DNA of 64,000 nt, from positions 23,146 through 87,145 of the forward strand of contig DATEBA010000005.1 of NCBI GenBank assembly GCA_035288045.1. The letters are read 5' to 3'. Source of the stretch: Actinomycetota bacterium. GTDB lineage: Bacteria > Actinomycetota > UBA4738 > HRBIN12. Both the position numbers and the translations under genes were made by a program. This document shows positions 47,005 through 55,790 of the stretch, piece after piece; the first letter of the stretch is position 1; each line of letters starts with the position of its first letter. Under the pieces are notes generated by a model that ran no database searches, was not told the origin of the DNA, and saw only the letters and a list, made by a program, of their open reading frames with translations.

Positions 47005-47988
47005 GTGCGACGAGCGCGTGACGGTCGCACAACGCGGCTCTTCTACGCCGCGGACCTCCACGGCTCGGAGCCCACCTTCCGGAAGCTCGTGAACGCCGCG
47101 GCCTTCTACGACGCCGATGCCCTCGTGTTCGGGGGCGACCTCATGGGTAAGGTGCTCGTGCCGATCGTCCGCTGGGGAGGGACCTTCCGGGCTCGTTTCC
47201 TCGGGGCGGATCACGAGCTCGACGCGGACGGGCTCGCCCCATTCGTCGGGAGCCTGGAGACGACGGGCTTCTACTGGAAGGTGATGAACCCCGACGAATA
47301 CGAGGAGGTCAAGTCCGATCCGCTCGCGCAGCGGACGCTCTTCTGCGAGCTGGCCGGCGAGCGCCTGGCGTCCTGGCTCTCGCTGGCGGAGGACCGGCTC
47401 GCGGGTACCGGCGTGCGGCTGTACCTCACCGGCGGCAACGACGACGAGCCTGCGGTCCTCGAGGTGCTCGAGCGCCACGATGGCCGGGTCGCGATCGCGT
47501 CCGAGGGGCGAGTGGTGCAGGTCGACGGGGACCACACGATGATCACCGTCGGGTTGTCGACACCCACGCCGTGGGACACCCCGAGGGAGGCAGGCGAGGA
47601 CGTGATCGCCGAGGCGATCGAATCTGCGGGCGCCCGGGTGCCGGACCCCGGGCGCTGCGTCTTCAACCTGCACTGCCCGCCGAAGGACACGCCGCTCGAC
47701 ACCTGCCTTGAGCTGGAGCGCTCACCGGGCGAGCTGCCACGTCCGGTCCGTCGGGGCGGACGGTTCGTCACGACCGGCGGCGGCAGCGCCGCCGTGCGAA
47801 GAGCGATCGAGTCCTACCAGCCGCTGGTGGGTCTCCACGGCCACGTCCACGAGTCGCCCGGGCGCTTCCGGATCGGCCGAACCCAGTGCTTCAACCCCGG
47901 TAGCGAGTACGCCCAGGGCATCCTGCAGGGCGTGCTCGTCTCGCTTCGGTCCGGTGCCGTCACCGGATACCAGCACACCTCGGGGTAG
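47005..47988 (+). CDS. Calcineurin-like metallophosphoesterase (Icc-related, COG2129-like), copy 2
   Basis: ADLHG, GGDLMGK, GGNDD, HCPP, LHGHVHE, NPGSEY. Clear paralog of 42768-43712. Confidence 0.85.
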   Translation: MRRARDGRTTRLFYAADLHGSEPTFRKLVNAAAFYDADALVFGGDLMGKVLVPIVRWGGTFRARFLGADHELDADGLAPFVGSLETTGFYWKVMNPDEYEEVKSDPLAQRTLFCELAGERLASWLSLAEDRLAGTGVRLYLTGGNDDEPAVLEVLERHDGRVAIASEGRVVQVDGDHTMITVGLSTPTPWDTPREAGEDVIAEAIESAGARVPDPGRCVFNLHCPPKDTPLDTCLELERSPGELPRPVRRGGRFVTTGGGSAAVRRAIESYQPLVGLHGHVHESPGRFRIGRTQCFNPGSEYAQGILQGVLVSLRSGAVTGYQHTSG

Positions 47989-47995
47989 GCGAGCG

Positions 47996-48067
47996 TTGAC
48001 GCCCGGCGCGGCGCGGGAGTAGGGTCGCCGTTGCGACATGGCCATTAGCGTTGCGTGATGCGAAACG
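47996..48067 (+). promoter_or_regulatory. Promoter and palindromic operator of the iclR operon
   Basis: TTGACG (47996-48001), 18 nt, TAGGGT (48020-25). The palindrome CGTTGCG-TGATG-CGAAACG (48049-67) covers the start codon. Confidence 0.6.
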
Positions 48068-48843
48068 TAGAGCGAAGCGGCGTCCAGTCGGTCGCCCGCG
48101 CGCTGGCGATCCTTGAGGAGCTCGCGGGCGGCGAGCTGGGCGTCACCGAGCTGGGGCGCCGACTGGGTGTCCACAAGGCAACCGCCTCGCGGCTGGTCGC
48201 GACCCTGGCGGATCGAGGGCTCGTGGAACGCGATCCCTCGACCGACAAGTTCCGCTTGGGGTTCGGCCTGATCCACCTCGCCGGCGCCGCGATGGCGGGA
48301 CTCGATCTCGTTCACGAGGCGCACCCCGTGCTGGAGGACCTCGCCGAGCGAACGCGGGAGACCGTGAACCTCGCAGTGCGCGACGGCGACAGCGTGATGC
48401 ACGTCGACCAGATCGCCGGAACGCGCTCGGTCGTGTCGGTGTCCTGGGTCGGCCGTCGCACGCCCTACCACTGCACCTCGAACGGCAAGGTGCTGCTCGC
48501 GTTCCTCGGTGACGCCGAGCGCGCCCGGCTGCTCGCCGCGCCGCTCGAGCGCAGGACGGCGAACACGATCGTGGACCCCGACGCGCTCCGGGCTCAGCTC
48601 GCGGAGGTCGCCACCCGCGGGTACGCGTTCACCGTCGAGGAGCTCGAGGAAGGCCTGAATGCCGTCGCGGCGCCAATCCGGGGCGCCGCTGGCGAGGTGG
48701 TGGCGGCCGTCAGCGTGTCGGGGCCCGCGTTCCGGTTCCTGCGGTCGGACATCGAGCGGGTCGGGCGGATCGTCATGGACGCGGCGGGCGCGATCTCACG
48801 CCGGATGGGGTACGTGGAGAGGAGGCAGTCCGTTGGAGGTTGA
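48058..48843 (+). CDS. IclR-family transcriptional regulator
   Basis: VQSVARALAILE, LGVHKATASRLV.TL, ETVNL, HCTSNGKVLLA, RGYA...EE..EGL.AVAAPI, AAVSVSGP. Confidence 0.93.
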   Translation: MRNVERSGVQSVARALAILEELAGGELGVTELGRRLGVHKATASRLVATLADRGLVERDPSTDKFRLGFGLIHLAGAAMAGLDLVHEAHPVLEDLAERTRETVNLAVRDGDSVMHVDQIAGTRSVVSVSWVGRRTPYHCTSNGKVLLAFLGDAERARLLAAPLERRTANTIVDPDALRAQLAEVATRGYAFTVEELEEGLNAVAAPIRGAAGEVVAAVSVSGPAFRFLRSDIERVGRIVMDAAGAISRRMGYVERRQSVGG

Positions 48844-50002
48844 GGAGAACCCCGGGATCCTGCTGTACACGAGGATCCGCAAGTCGCCGTACTTCTACGC
48901 CTCGCGCAAGCACGGCGTGAAGCGCTACAGCGTCTACAACCACACCTATCACCCCCGGCACTACGGCGACCCGGTCGAGGAGTACTGGAAGCTCGTGAAC
49001 GGCGTCACGCTGTGGGACGTCGGCGTCGAGAAGCAGATCCAGATCAAGGGGCCCGATGCCTTCGACCTGGCGAACACGATCGTGCCCCGCGACCTGCACA
49101 AGTGCGCGGTCGACCAGTGCAAGTACGTGTTCATCACGGCTCCCGACGGCGGGATCCTGAACGACCCGGTGCTGCTGCGCGTGGCCGAGGACGAGTTCTG
49201 GCTCTCGCTCGCTGACAGCGACGTCAACCTGTACGCGCTCGGCATCGGAGCCGCCCTGGGGATGAACGTCACGGTCGGCGAGATCGACGTCGCGCCGGTC
49301 CAGGTCCAAGGGCCGAACGCGAAGAAGGTGCTGGTCGAGCTGGTCGGCGACTCGATCCTCGAGGTGCCCTACTACGGCCTCATGAAGGCCGAGATCGACG
49401 GGATCCGCGTCGTGATCTCGCGCACCGGCTACACCGGCGAGGTCGGGTACGAGATCTACTGCCACAACGCGAGCGTCCACGGTGCGCGGCTCTGGGACCT
49501 AGTGCTGGAGGCCGGCCAGCCCCACGGTCTGGATGTGATCGGGCCGTGCCATATCCGCCGCATCGAGGGCGGCATCCTGGCCTTCGGAGCGGACATGTGG
49601 TACGAGAACAACCCCTTCGAGGTCGGCTATCACTACACGTGGATGGTCGACCTCGACCAGGAAGCCGACTTCATGGGGAAGGAAGCTCTGAGGCGCATCA
49701 AGGAAGAGGGCGTGAACCAGAAGCTCGTCGGCGTGGACATGGGGGGCGACCCCCTCGGGACCTACATCGACAACGAGATGATCGACTTCTTCCCCGTTCA
49801 CGCGGGCGGTCGCGAAGTCGGGCGGGTGACCTCGGCTTGCTTCTCGCCCCGCCTGGAGAAGAACATCGGGTTCGCGATGCTTCCGATCGAGCACGCCGAG
49901 CTCGGGAACGCGCTCGAGGTGGACGTTCCCTCAGGAAGGGTGGCTGCGACGGTCGTCCAGATGCCGCACTGGGATCCGACCAAGGAGATCCCCAAGCAGT
50001 AG
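48833..50002 (+). CDS. GcvT-family THF-dependent methyltransferase, DmdA-like clade
   Basis: TTG start 8 nt after GGAGG. RIRKSPY, VYNH, LWDVGVEKQ..IKGPDA, DGGILNDPVLL...W.SLADSD, SRTGYTGE.GYE, RIEGG, NNPFEVG, VTSACFSP. No gcvH or gcvP in the window. Confidence 0.82.
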   Translation: MEVEENPGILLYTRIRKSPYFYASRKHGVKRYSVYNHTYHPRHYGDPVEEYWKLVNGVTLWDVGVEKQIQIKGPDAFDLANTIVPRDLHKCAVDQCKYVFITAPDGGILNDPVLLRVAEDEFWLSLADSDVNLYALGIGAALGMNVTVGEIDVAPVQVQGPNAKKVLVELVGDSILEVPYYGLMKAEIDGIRVVISRTGYTGEVGYEIYCHNASVHGARLWDLVLEAGQPHGLDVIGPCHIRRIEGGILAFGADMWYENNPFEVGYHYTWMVDLDQEADFMGKEALRRIKEEGVNQKLVGVDMGGDPLGTYIDNEMIDFFPVHAGGREVGRVTSACFSPRLEKNIGFAMLPIEHAELGNALEVDVPSGRVAATVVQMPHWDPTKEIPKQ

Positions 50003-50032
50003 TCCTCGAGGAGCGCTCCGAAGGAGGCGGGG

Positions 50033-52552
50033 ATGAGCGATTTGCCGGAGCGGGCGAGCATCGTCGTGGTCGGCGCGGGGATCGTGGGAAACAGCATGGC
50101 CTACCACCTTGCGCTCCTCGGGTGGCGGGACATCGTGCTGGTGGACAAGGGCCCCCTGCCCAACCCGGGCGGGTCCACCGGTCACGCCTCGAACTTCATA
50201 TACCTCGTGGACCACTCCAAGGAGATGACGAGGTTCACCCTCGACAGCCTGGAGCAGTACCAGAAGCTCGGAGTCGCCACGATCTCGGGGGGGATCGAGG
50301 TGGCGCGCACGCCCGAGCGCATGGAGGAGCTCAAGCGACGCATCGCGTCGGCCAAGTCCTGGGGCATCGAGCCGGTGGAGCTGGTCACACCCTCCGAGGT
50401 CCGCGAGCTGGTTCCGTTCGTGGACGACAAGGTGATCCTCGGCGGCTTCTACACGCCGGGCGTCGCCGTCGTGGACTCTCTGCGCGCCGGAACCCTGATG
50501 CGCGAGCGAGCGCAGGAGATGGGCGCGCTCACGGTCTCGGCCTCGACTGAGGTCACCGGGATCGACGTCGCCGACGGGCGGATCGGTCGCGTCCGGACCG
50601 ACAGGGGCGACGTCCAGACGGAGACGATCGTCGTCTGCTGCGGCATCTGGAGCCCGCGTATCGCCCGGATGGCCGGCGCCTCGATCCCGCTCACGCCGGC
50701 GGTGCACCAGATGATCGACGTCGGACCGGTGCCGCTCTTCGAGGGAACCGTCGGCGAGATCGAGTACCCGATCGTCCGCGACGTCGATACGAACATGTAC
50801 GAGCGCCAGCACGGCAGCGAGCTCGAGATCGGCTCCTACGCGCACCGGCCGATCCTCTGGGAGCCCGACGACATCCCATCGATCGAGCAGTCCGCGCTTT
50901 CCCCGACCGAGCAGCCGTTCACGAAGGGCGACTTCGATCCGCAGCTCGAGGACGCGCTCGAGCTGATGCCGGAGATCCTGGGCGACGAGCGGGTCGGCGT
51001 GAAGTACGCGATCAATGGGCTCCTCTCGCTCACCCCGGACGGGATGCCGTGCCTGGGTGAGACGCCGGAGGTTCAGGGTCTGTGGTCGGCCGCGGCGATC
51101 TGGATCAAGGAGGCGCCCGGGATAGCCAAGTGCATCGGGCAGTGGATGACCGACGGGACCCCCGAGATCGACCCGCACGCGTCGGACGTCGCGCGCTTCT
51201 ACCCGCACCACCGGACCAGGAAGCACGTCAAGGAGCGCTGCGCCGAGGGCTACAACAAGACCTACGGCATCGTGCACCCGATGGAGCAGTGGAGCTCGAA
51301 CCGCAACGTCCGGCTCACGCCTTTCAACGAGCGGGAGCGAGCGCTCGACGCGGTGTTCTATGAGGCGGCCGGCTGGGAGCGCCCACACTGGTACGGGTCA
51401 AACGCGGCTCTGCTCGAGGAGTACGGCGACCGCGTGATGCCCCGGGAGGCCGAGTGGGAGTCTCGGTGGTGGTCGCCGATCGTGAACGCGGAGCACCTCG
51501 CGATGCGCGAGCGTGTGGGGCTCGTCGACCTCTCGGCGTTCGCGATCTTCGACGTGACCGGTCCCGGGGCGCTCGGGTACCTCGAGGGGTTGGTCGTCAA
51601 GCAGATCGGCGTGCCAGTGGGGCGCGTCGTCTACACGCCCTTGCTCAACGCGGCCGGCGGCGTGAAGGCCGACCTCACGATCATGCGCCTTTCATCGAAC
51701 GAGTTCCGCGTGGTGACCGGCGGTTTCTCCGGGATGTTCGACAAGAAGTGGTTCGTCGACCATCTCCCGGACGATGGCTCGGCGCAGCTGTTCGACGCGA
51801 CCTCCGCGTGGTGCACGGCCGGTGTCTGGGGGCCGAGCGCGCGCGACCTGGTCGCCTCGGTGACCGAGGACGACGTCTCCGGCAAGGGGTTCCCGTTCGC
51901 GACCTGCCGCCGCATCACGATCGACACGCTCGGGGTGCTCGCCTCCCGGATCTCGTACGTGGGCGAGCTTGGATGGGAGCTCCACGTGCCGATGGAGCAG
52001 GGCGCCAGCCTCTGGGACGTGCTCTGGGAGGCCGGGCGGCCGCTCGGAGTCGTGCCGGTCGGGATCGGCGTGTACGCGACGACCGCCCGCCTCGAGAAGA
52101 GCTACCGCGCGCACGGCAACGAGCTGGAGCTCGAGTACGACCTGGTCGAGGCGGGCATGGCGGGTCCGTCGCTCAAGGACGAGGACTTCGTCGGGCGCGA
52201 GGCGTACCTGAAGCAACGGGCCGGCGATCCGGCCGCGCTTCTCTGCACGCTCACGGTCGACGACCACACGTCCTCTTCCGGCGTGAAGCGATACATGATG
52301 GGCCGCGAGCCGATTCTCTTGCCCGACGGCGACCCGATCGTGGACGCGAAGGGCAGGCGGTCATACGTCACGAGCGCCGGCTCTGGGCCGTCGCTCGGCA
52401 AGCATCTGCTGATGGCCTACCTGCCTCCGGAGCGCGCGAAGGAAGGCGAGCGCCTCGCCGTCGAGTACTTCGGCGAGCGGTACCCGGTGACCGTGGCCGT
52501 GGTCGGCGCACGGCCGCTGTTCGACCCCGAGAACGAGCGGATGAAGCGCTGA
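50033..52552 (+). CDS. Dimethylglycine/sarcosine dehydrogenase-like flavoprotein (DAO domain + GcvT domain)
   Basis: VVVGAGIVG, PGGSTGHA, AINGLLSLTPDG, GWERP.WY, SYVGELGWE, RLEKSY, YVTSAGSG, FDPENERMK. Followed directly by ETF genes. Confidence 0.88.
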   Translation: MSDLPERASIVVVGAGIVGNSMAYHLALLGWRDIVLVDKGPLPNPGGSTGHASNFIYLVDHSKEMTRFTLDSLEQYQKLGVATISGGIEVARTPERMEELKRRIASAKSWGIEPVELVTPSEVRELVPFVDDKVILGGFYTPGVAVVDSLRAGTLMRERAQEMGALTVSASTEVTGIDVADGRIGRVRTDRGDVQTETIVVCCGIWSPRIARMAGASIPLTPAVHQMIDVGPVPLFEGTVGEIEYPIVRDVDTNMYERQHGSELEIGSYAHRPILWEPDDIPSIEQSALSPTEQPFTKGDFDPQLEDALELMPEILGDERVGVKYAINGLLSLTPDGMPCLGETPEVQGLWSAAAIWIKEAPGIAKCIGQWMTDGTPEIDPHASDVARFYPHHRTRKHVKERCAEGYNKTYGIVHPMEQWSSNRNVRLTPFNERERALDAVFYEAAGWERPHWYGSNAALLEEYGDRVMPREAEWESRWWSPIVNAEHLAMRERVGLVDLSAFAIFDVTGPGALGYLEGLVVKQIGVPVGRVVYTPLLNAAGGVKADLTIMRLSSNEFRVVTGGFSGMFDKKWFVDHLPDDGSAQLFDATSAWCTAGVWGPSARDLVASVTEDDVSGKGFPFATCRRITIDTLGVLASRISYVGELGWELHVPMEQGASLWDVLWEAGRPLGVVPVGIGVYATTARLEKSYRAHGNELELEYDLVEAGMAGPSLKDEDFVGREAYLKQRAGDPAALLCTLTVDDHTSSSGVKRYMMGREPILLPDGDPIVDAKGRRSYVTSAGSGPSLGKHLLMAYLPPERAKEGERLAVEYFGERYPVTVAVVGARPLFDPENERMKR

Positions 52553-52553
52553 C

Positions 52554-53306
52554 GTGAACGTCCTGGTCTGCGTGAAGCGAGTCCCCGTCACCGGCGGACG
52601 TATCACCCTCACTCCCGACGAACGAGAGATCGACACCAAGTTCCTCGGCTTCACCGTCAGCCCGCACGAGGAGTGCGCCGTCGAGGAGGCGGTCCGGATC
52701 GTCGAGGCAGGGGGCGGTAGCTCGACCGTGCTGACCCTCGGCACTCCTGAGTCGGAGGAGCAGCTGCGGGACGCGCTGGCGATCGGGATCGCCGAGGCGA
52801 TCCTGCTCGAGACCGGCGGAGCCGAGTGGGATCCGGGGGCGACCGCCGCCGCGATAGCCGAGACCGTCCGCGATCGCGGGTTCGACCTGCTCCTGTTCGG
52901 CAACGAGGCAGCCGACACCGGCGACTACCAGGTCGCTGTGCGTGTGGCGCACTTGCTTGGAGTGCCTTGCGTGACCGGGGTGAAGCGCCTCGAGGTGCGG
53001 GATGGGGCGGCGCTCGCACTCCGCGAGGCCGCAGGCGGTTGGGAGGTCTTCGAGCTGCCGCTCCCCGCGGTGGTCTCCGTCAAGGAGGGCATCAACCTGC
53101 CCAGGTACCCGTCGATGCCCGGCAGACTCCGTGCCAAGAAGAAGGACATCGAACGTCTCGCGCCCGAGCCTCCCGCGGCGGAGCTCGAGATGGTCCGCCT
53201 CCGGCTCCCCGAGGCGGCCGACAAGCAGGTCGAGGTCATCGGCGAGGGGCCGGACGCGGCCCCAAGGGTGGTCGAGATGCTCCGGGAGATCGGGGTCGTC
53301 TCGTGA
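52554..53306 (+). CDS. etfB: Electron transfer flavoprotein beta subunit
   Basis: LVCVKRVP, HEECAVEEAVR, ALAIG, LLFGNEAADTG..QV, NLPRYPS. Confidence 0.92.
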   Translation: MNVLVCVKRVPVTGGRITLTPDEREIDTKFLGFTVSPHEECAVEEAVRIVEAGGGSSTVLTLGTPESEEQLRDALAIGIAEAILLETGGAEWDPGATAAAIAETVRDRGFDLLLFGNEAADTGDYQVAVRVAHLLGVPCVTGVKRLEVRDGAALALREAAGGWEVFELPLPAVVSVKEGINLPRYPSMPGRLRAKKKDIERLAPEPPAAELEMVRLRLPEAADKQVEVIGEGPDAAPRVVEMLREIGVVS

Positions 53307-54274
53307 TCCTCTGCATGGTCGAGCACGACCGCGGTGAGCTGAACGAGATCTCACTCCAGGCACTTACGTTCGGTCGCGGGCTCGCGGAGCGACTCGACGT
53401 GCCCCTCGACGCCGTCGTCGTGGGCGAGGCCGGTCGAGTTCTCGTTGGGTCGCTTGGTCCGTTCGGTGTCTCCACCGTGCACCTCGCCGCCCACGAGCGG
53501 CTCGACGACTACGCGCCGATCGCCTGGGGGCGGAGCGTGGCGGAGCTGGTCTCGTCGCTCGGGCCGGAGGCGGTTCTGGCCGCTGGGACCGATCGAGGGA
53601 ACGAGGTCATGGCCCACGCTGCCGCGATGTCATCTCTCCCGATGGCGGCGAACGTCGTCGCGGCGGAGCCCGGCGACCCTTGGCTCGTCACGCGGGTCAG
53701 GTGGGGCGGGAGCCTCCTCGAGGAGGCCCGCGTGCACGGTGCTGCGAAGCTGCTGACGGTTGCCCCCCATGTCGTGCGGGCGGATGAGACGACGCCCTCG
53801 CAACCCGAGGTGGTCGAGTTCGCGCCGGCGCTGACCGATGGGGATCTGCTCGTTCGCGTCGTCGATCGCGTCGCGGCCGAGACGGGGAAGGTCGCGCTCC
53901 CGACGGCCCGCGTGGTCGTCGGCGGCGGCCGAGGCGTCGGCAGCGCCGAGGGGTTCGTAGTCCTGGAGGAGCTGGCGGAGCTGCTCGGGGCAGCGGTGGG
54001 GTGCTCACGCGTAGTCACGAGCCTCGGCTGGCGCCCGCACACCGACCAGGTCGGCCAGACCGGAACCCGGATCGCTCCCGACCTATACATCGCGTGCGGC
54101 ATCAGCGGAGCCATCCAGCACATGGTCGGGGCCAAGGCCGCGAAGAAGATCCTCGCGATCAACATGGATCGAGACGCGCCGATCATGGTGCAGGCCGACT
54201 ACGCGGTGATCGGCGACCTCCACGCGGTGCTTCCCGCCGTCGTGCAGGAGCTCCGCAAGGCCGGCGGCGCCTGA
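53303..54274 (+). CDS. etfA: Electron transfer flavoprotein alpha subunit
   Basis: ARVVVGGGRG, AVGCSR, QVGQTG, PDLYIACGISGAIQHMVG, AINMDRDAPI...ADY...GDL. Confidence 0.93.
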   Translation: MILCMVEHDRGELNEISLQALTFGRGLAERLDVPLDAVVVGEAGRVLVGSLGPFGVSTVHLAAHERLDDYAPIAWGRSVAELVSSLGPEAVLAAGTDRGNEVMAHAAAMSSLPMAANVVAAEPGDPWLVTRVRWGGSLLEEARVHGAAKLLTVAPHVVRADETTPSQPEVVEFAPALTDGDLLVRVVDRVAAETGKVALPTARVVVGGGRGVGSAEGFVVLEELAELLGAAVGCSRVVTSLGWRPHTDQVGQTGTRIAPDLYIACGISGAIQHMVGAKAAKKILAINMDRDAPIMVQADYAVIGDLHAVLPAVVQELRKAGGA

Positions 54275-54300
54275 CGTCGGCGCTGCGGTAGGGTCCCGAC

Positions 54301-55719
54301 GTGAACGAGCTCTCCTCCGTGGCCGCCGTGGACGCGCTCCGGGCGTTCCGGGAGCGATCGCTCTCGCCCGTCGAGCTCCTCGAGGCGGTGATCGCCCGCG
54401 CGGAGGCCGTCGAGCCGACCCTGAACGCCTTCTCCGAGACCCGCTTCGACGAGGCGCTGGTGCAGGCGAAGGAGGCGGAAGCGCGGTATCAGAAGGGCGG
54501 GCGCGTGCGTCCGCTCGAGGGCTTGCCGGTTGCCCTGAAGGACGAGGCCGAGGTGAAGGGATGGAAGGCGACCTTCGGCTCGCTCGCCTTCCGCGACCAG
54601 ATCGCCGACCACACCGCGCCGGTCGCATGGCGGATCCTGCGGAGCGGGGCGATCGTGCACGCGCGGACGACGACCCCGGAGTTCTCCTGCGCGCCCTACA
54701 CGCACTCCCGACTCTGGGGCGTCACCCGGAACCCCTGGAATCCGGAGTTCGCCGTCGGGGGCTCTTCGGGCGGCTCGGGCGCCGCGCTCGCCGCGGGGAC
54801 GGCCGCGCTCGCGAGCGGCTCGGACATCGGCGGTTCGATTCGGATCCCCGCGTCGTTCAACGGCGTCGTCGGGTTCAAGCCGCCGCACGGGCGCGTCCCG
54901 GTGGAACCACCGTTCAACCTCGATCAGTACTGCCACGAGGGGCCGCTCGCGCGCACGGTCGCCGACTGCGCGCTGCTGGAGAACGTGATGGCCGGGCCGC
55001 ACCCGCGCGACGTCACGTCCCTCCGTCCGAAGATCCGGATCCCGCCTGAGCTGAAGGGGATCGAGGGGTGGCGGATCGGGCTGTCGCTCGACCTGGGCGG
55101 CTACCGGGTCGACGACGAGGTCGCGAAGCGGACGCTCGAGGCCGCGGACGCGCTCCGGGAGGCCGGCGCGATCGTCGAGGAGGTCGCGATCGGGTGGGAC
55201 CTCGAGGCGATCGTGCGGTCGGCCCGGATCCACTTCGGGGCGATCTTCGGCGCGGAGATTGGCGAGGTCGCCGCCGAGCACCGCGAGCTCCTCACCGAGT
55301 ACGCCCTCGCGTTCGCCGAGGAGGCCGCGGCCGTGCCGCCGGGAGCGTTCCTCGAGGGGCTCCGGCTGGAGGCCGAGATCTACGCGCACCTCGGGCGATC
55401 GCTGCAGCGCTACCGGGCGCTCGTCTGCCCGACGATGGCCGTGACAGGGTTCGCCGCAGGCGACGATTACCTGGGGCGAACGAGAGAGGACGGCGGGCCG
55501 CTCGACCGGCAGTTCGACGCGTGCATGACGGTGCCGTTCAACGTTTGCAGCCGGTGCCCGGTTCTCGCGGTCCCGTCGGGGTTCGCGTCCAACGGTGTGC
55601 CTACCGGCATCCAGGTCGTCGGCCGGACCTTCGACGATGTGGGGGTCTTCCGGATCGGCGCCGCTCTGGAACGTGTCCGCCCCTGGCTCGACGCGCCCGA
55701 GCGCCGCCCGCGGATCTGA
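54301..55719 (+). CDS. Amidase-signature family hydrolase
   Basis: PLEGLPVALKD, GGSSGG, GSDIGGSIRIPAS.NG..GFKP (Ser-cisSer-Lys triad). Confidence 0.92.
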   Translation: MNELSSVAAVDALRAFRERSLSPVELLEAVIARAEAVEPTLNAFSETRFDEALVQAKEAEARYQKGGRVRPLEGLPVALKDEAEVKGWKATFGSLAFRDQIADHTAPVAWRILRSGAIVHARTTTPEFSCAPYTHSRLWGVTRNPWNPEFAVGGSSGGSGAALAAGTAALASGSDIGGSIRIPASFNGVVGFKPPHGRVPVEPPFNLDQYCHEGPLARTVADCALLENVMAGPHPRDVTSLRPKIRIPPELKGIEGWRIGLSLDLGGYRVDDEVAKRTLEAADALREAGAIVEEVAIGWDLEAIVRSARIHFGAIFGAEIGEVAAEHRELLTEYALAFAEEAAAVPPGAFLEGLRLEAEIYAHLGRSLQRYRALVCPTMAVTGFAAGDDYLGRTREDGGPLDRQFDACMTVPFNVCSRCPVLAVPSGFASNGVPTGIQVVGRTFDDVGVFRIGAALERVRPWLDAPERRPRI

Positions 55720-55762
55720 CCTGCGTGTCGGTGCCTCGTGCGAGGCTCTGCTCCGGCCCAGT

Positions 55763-55786
55763 TTGACTTAGCTAAAGGAGTTAGTC
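55763..55786 (+). promoter_or_regulatory. Promoter/operator region of the toxin-antitoxin pair
   Basis: Local AT-rich patch: TTGACT, palindrome TTAGCTAA (55768-75), imperfect GACTTAGCT/AGTTAGTC repeat, and an AAGGAG RBS. Confidence 0.45.
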
Positions 55787-55790
55787 CACA

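Noticed and set aside
48833-50002. Glycine cleavage T-protein, or a true DMSP demethylase
   Set aside because: There is no gcvH or gcvP nearby and the N-terminus is DmdA-like, which argues against GcvT. The TGYTGE segment and the betaine context argue against a confident DmdA call.
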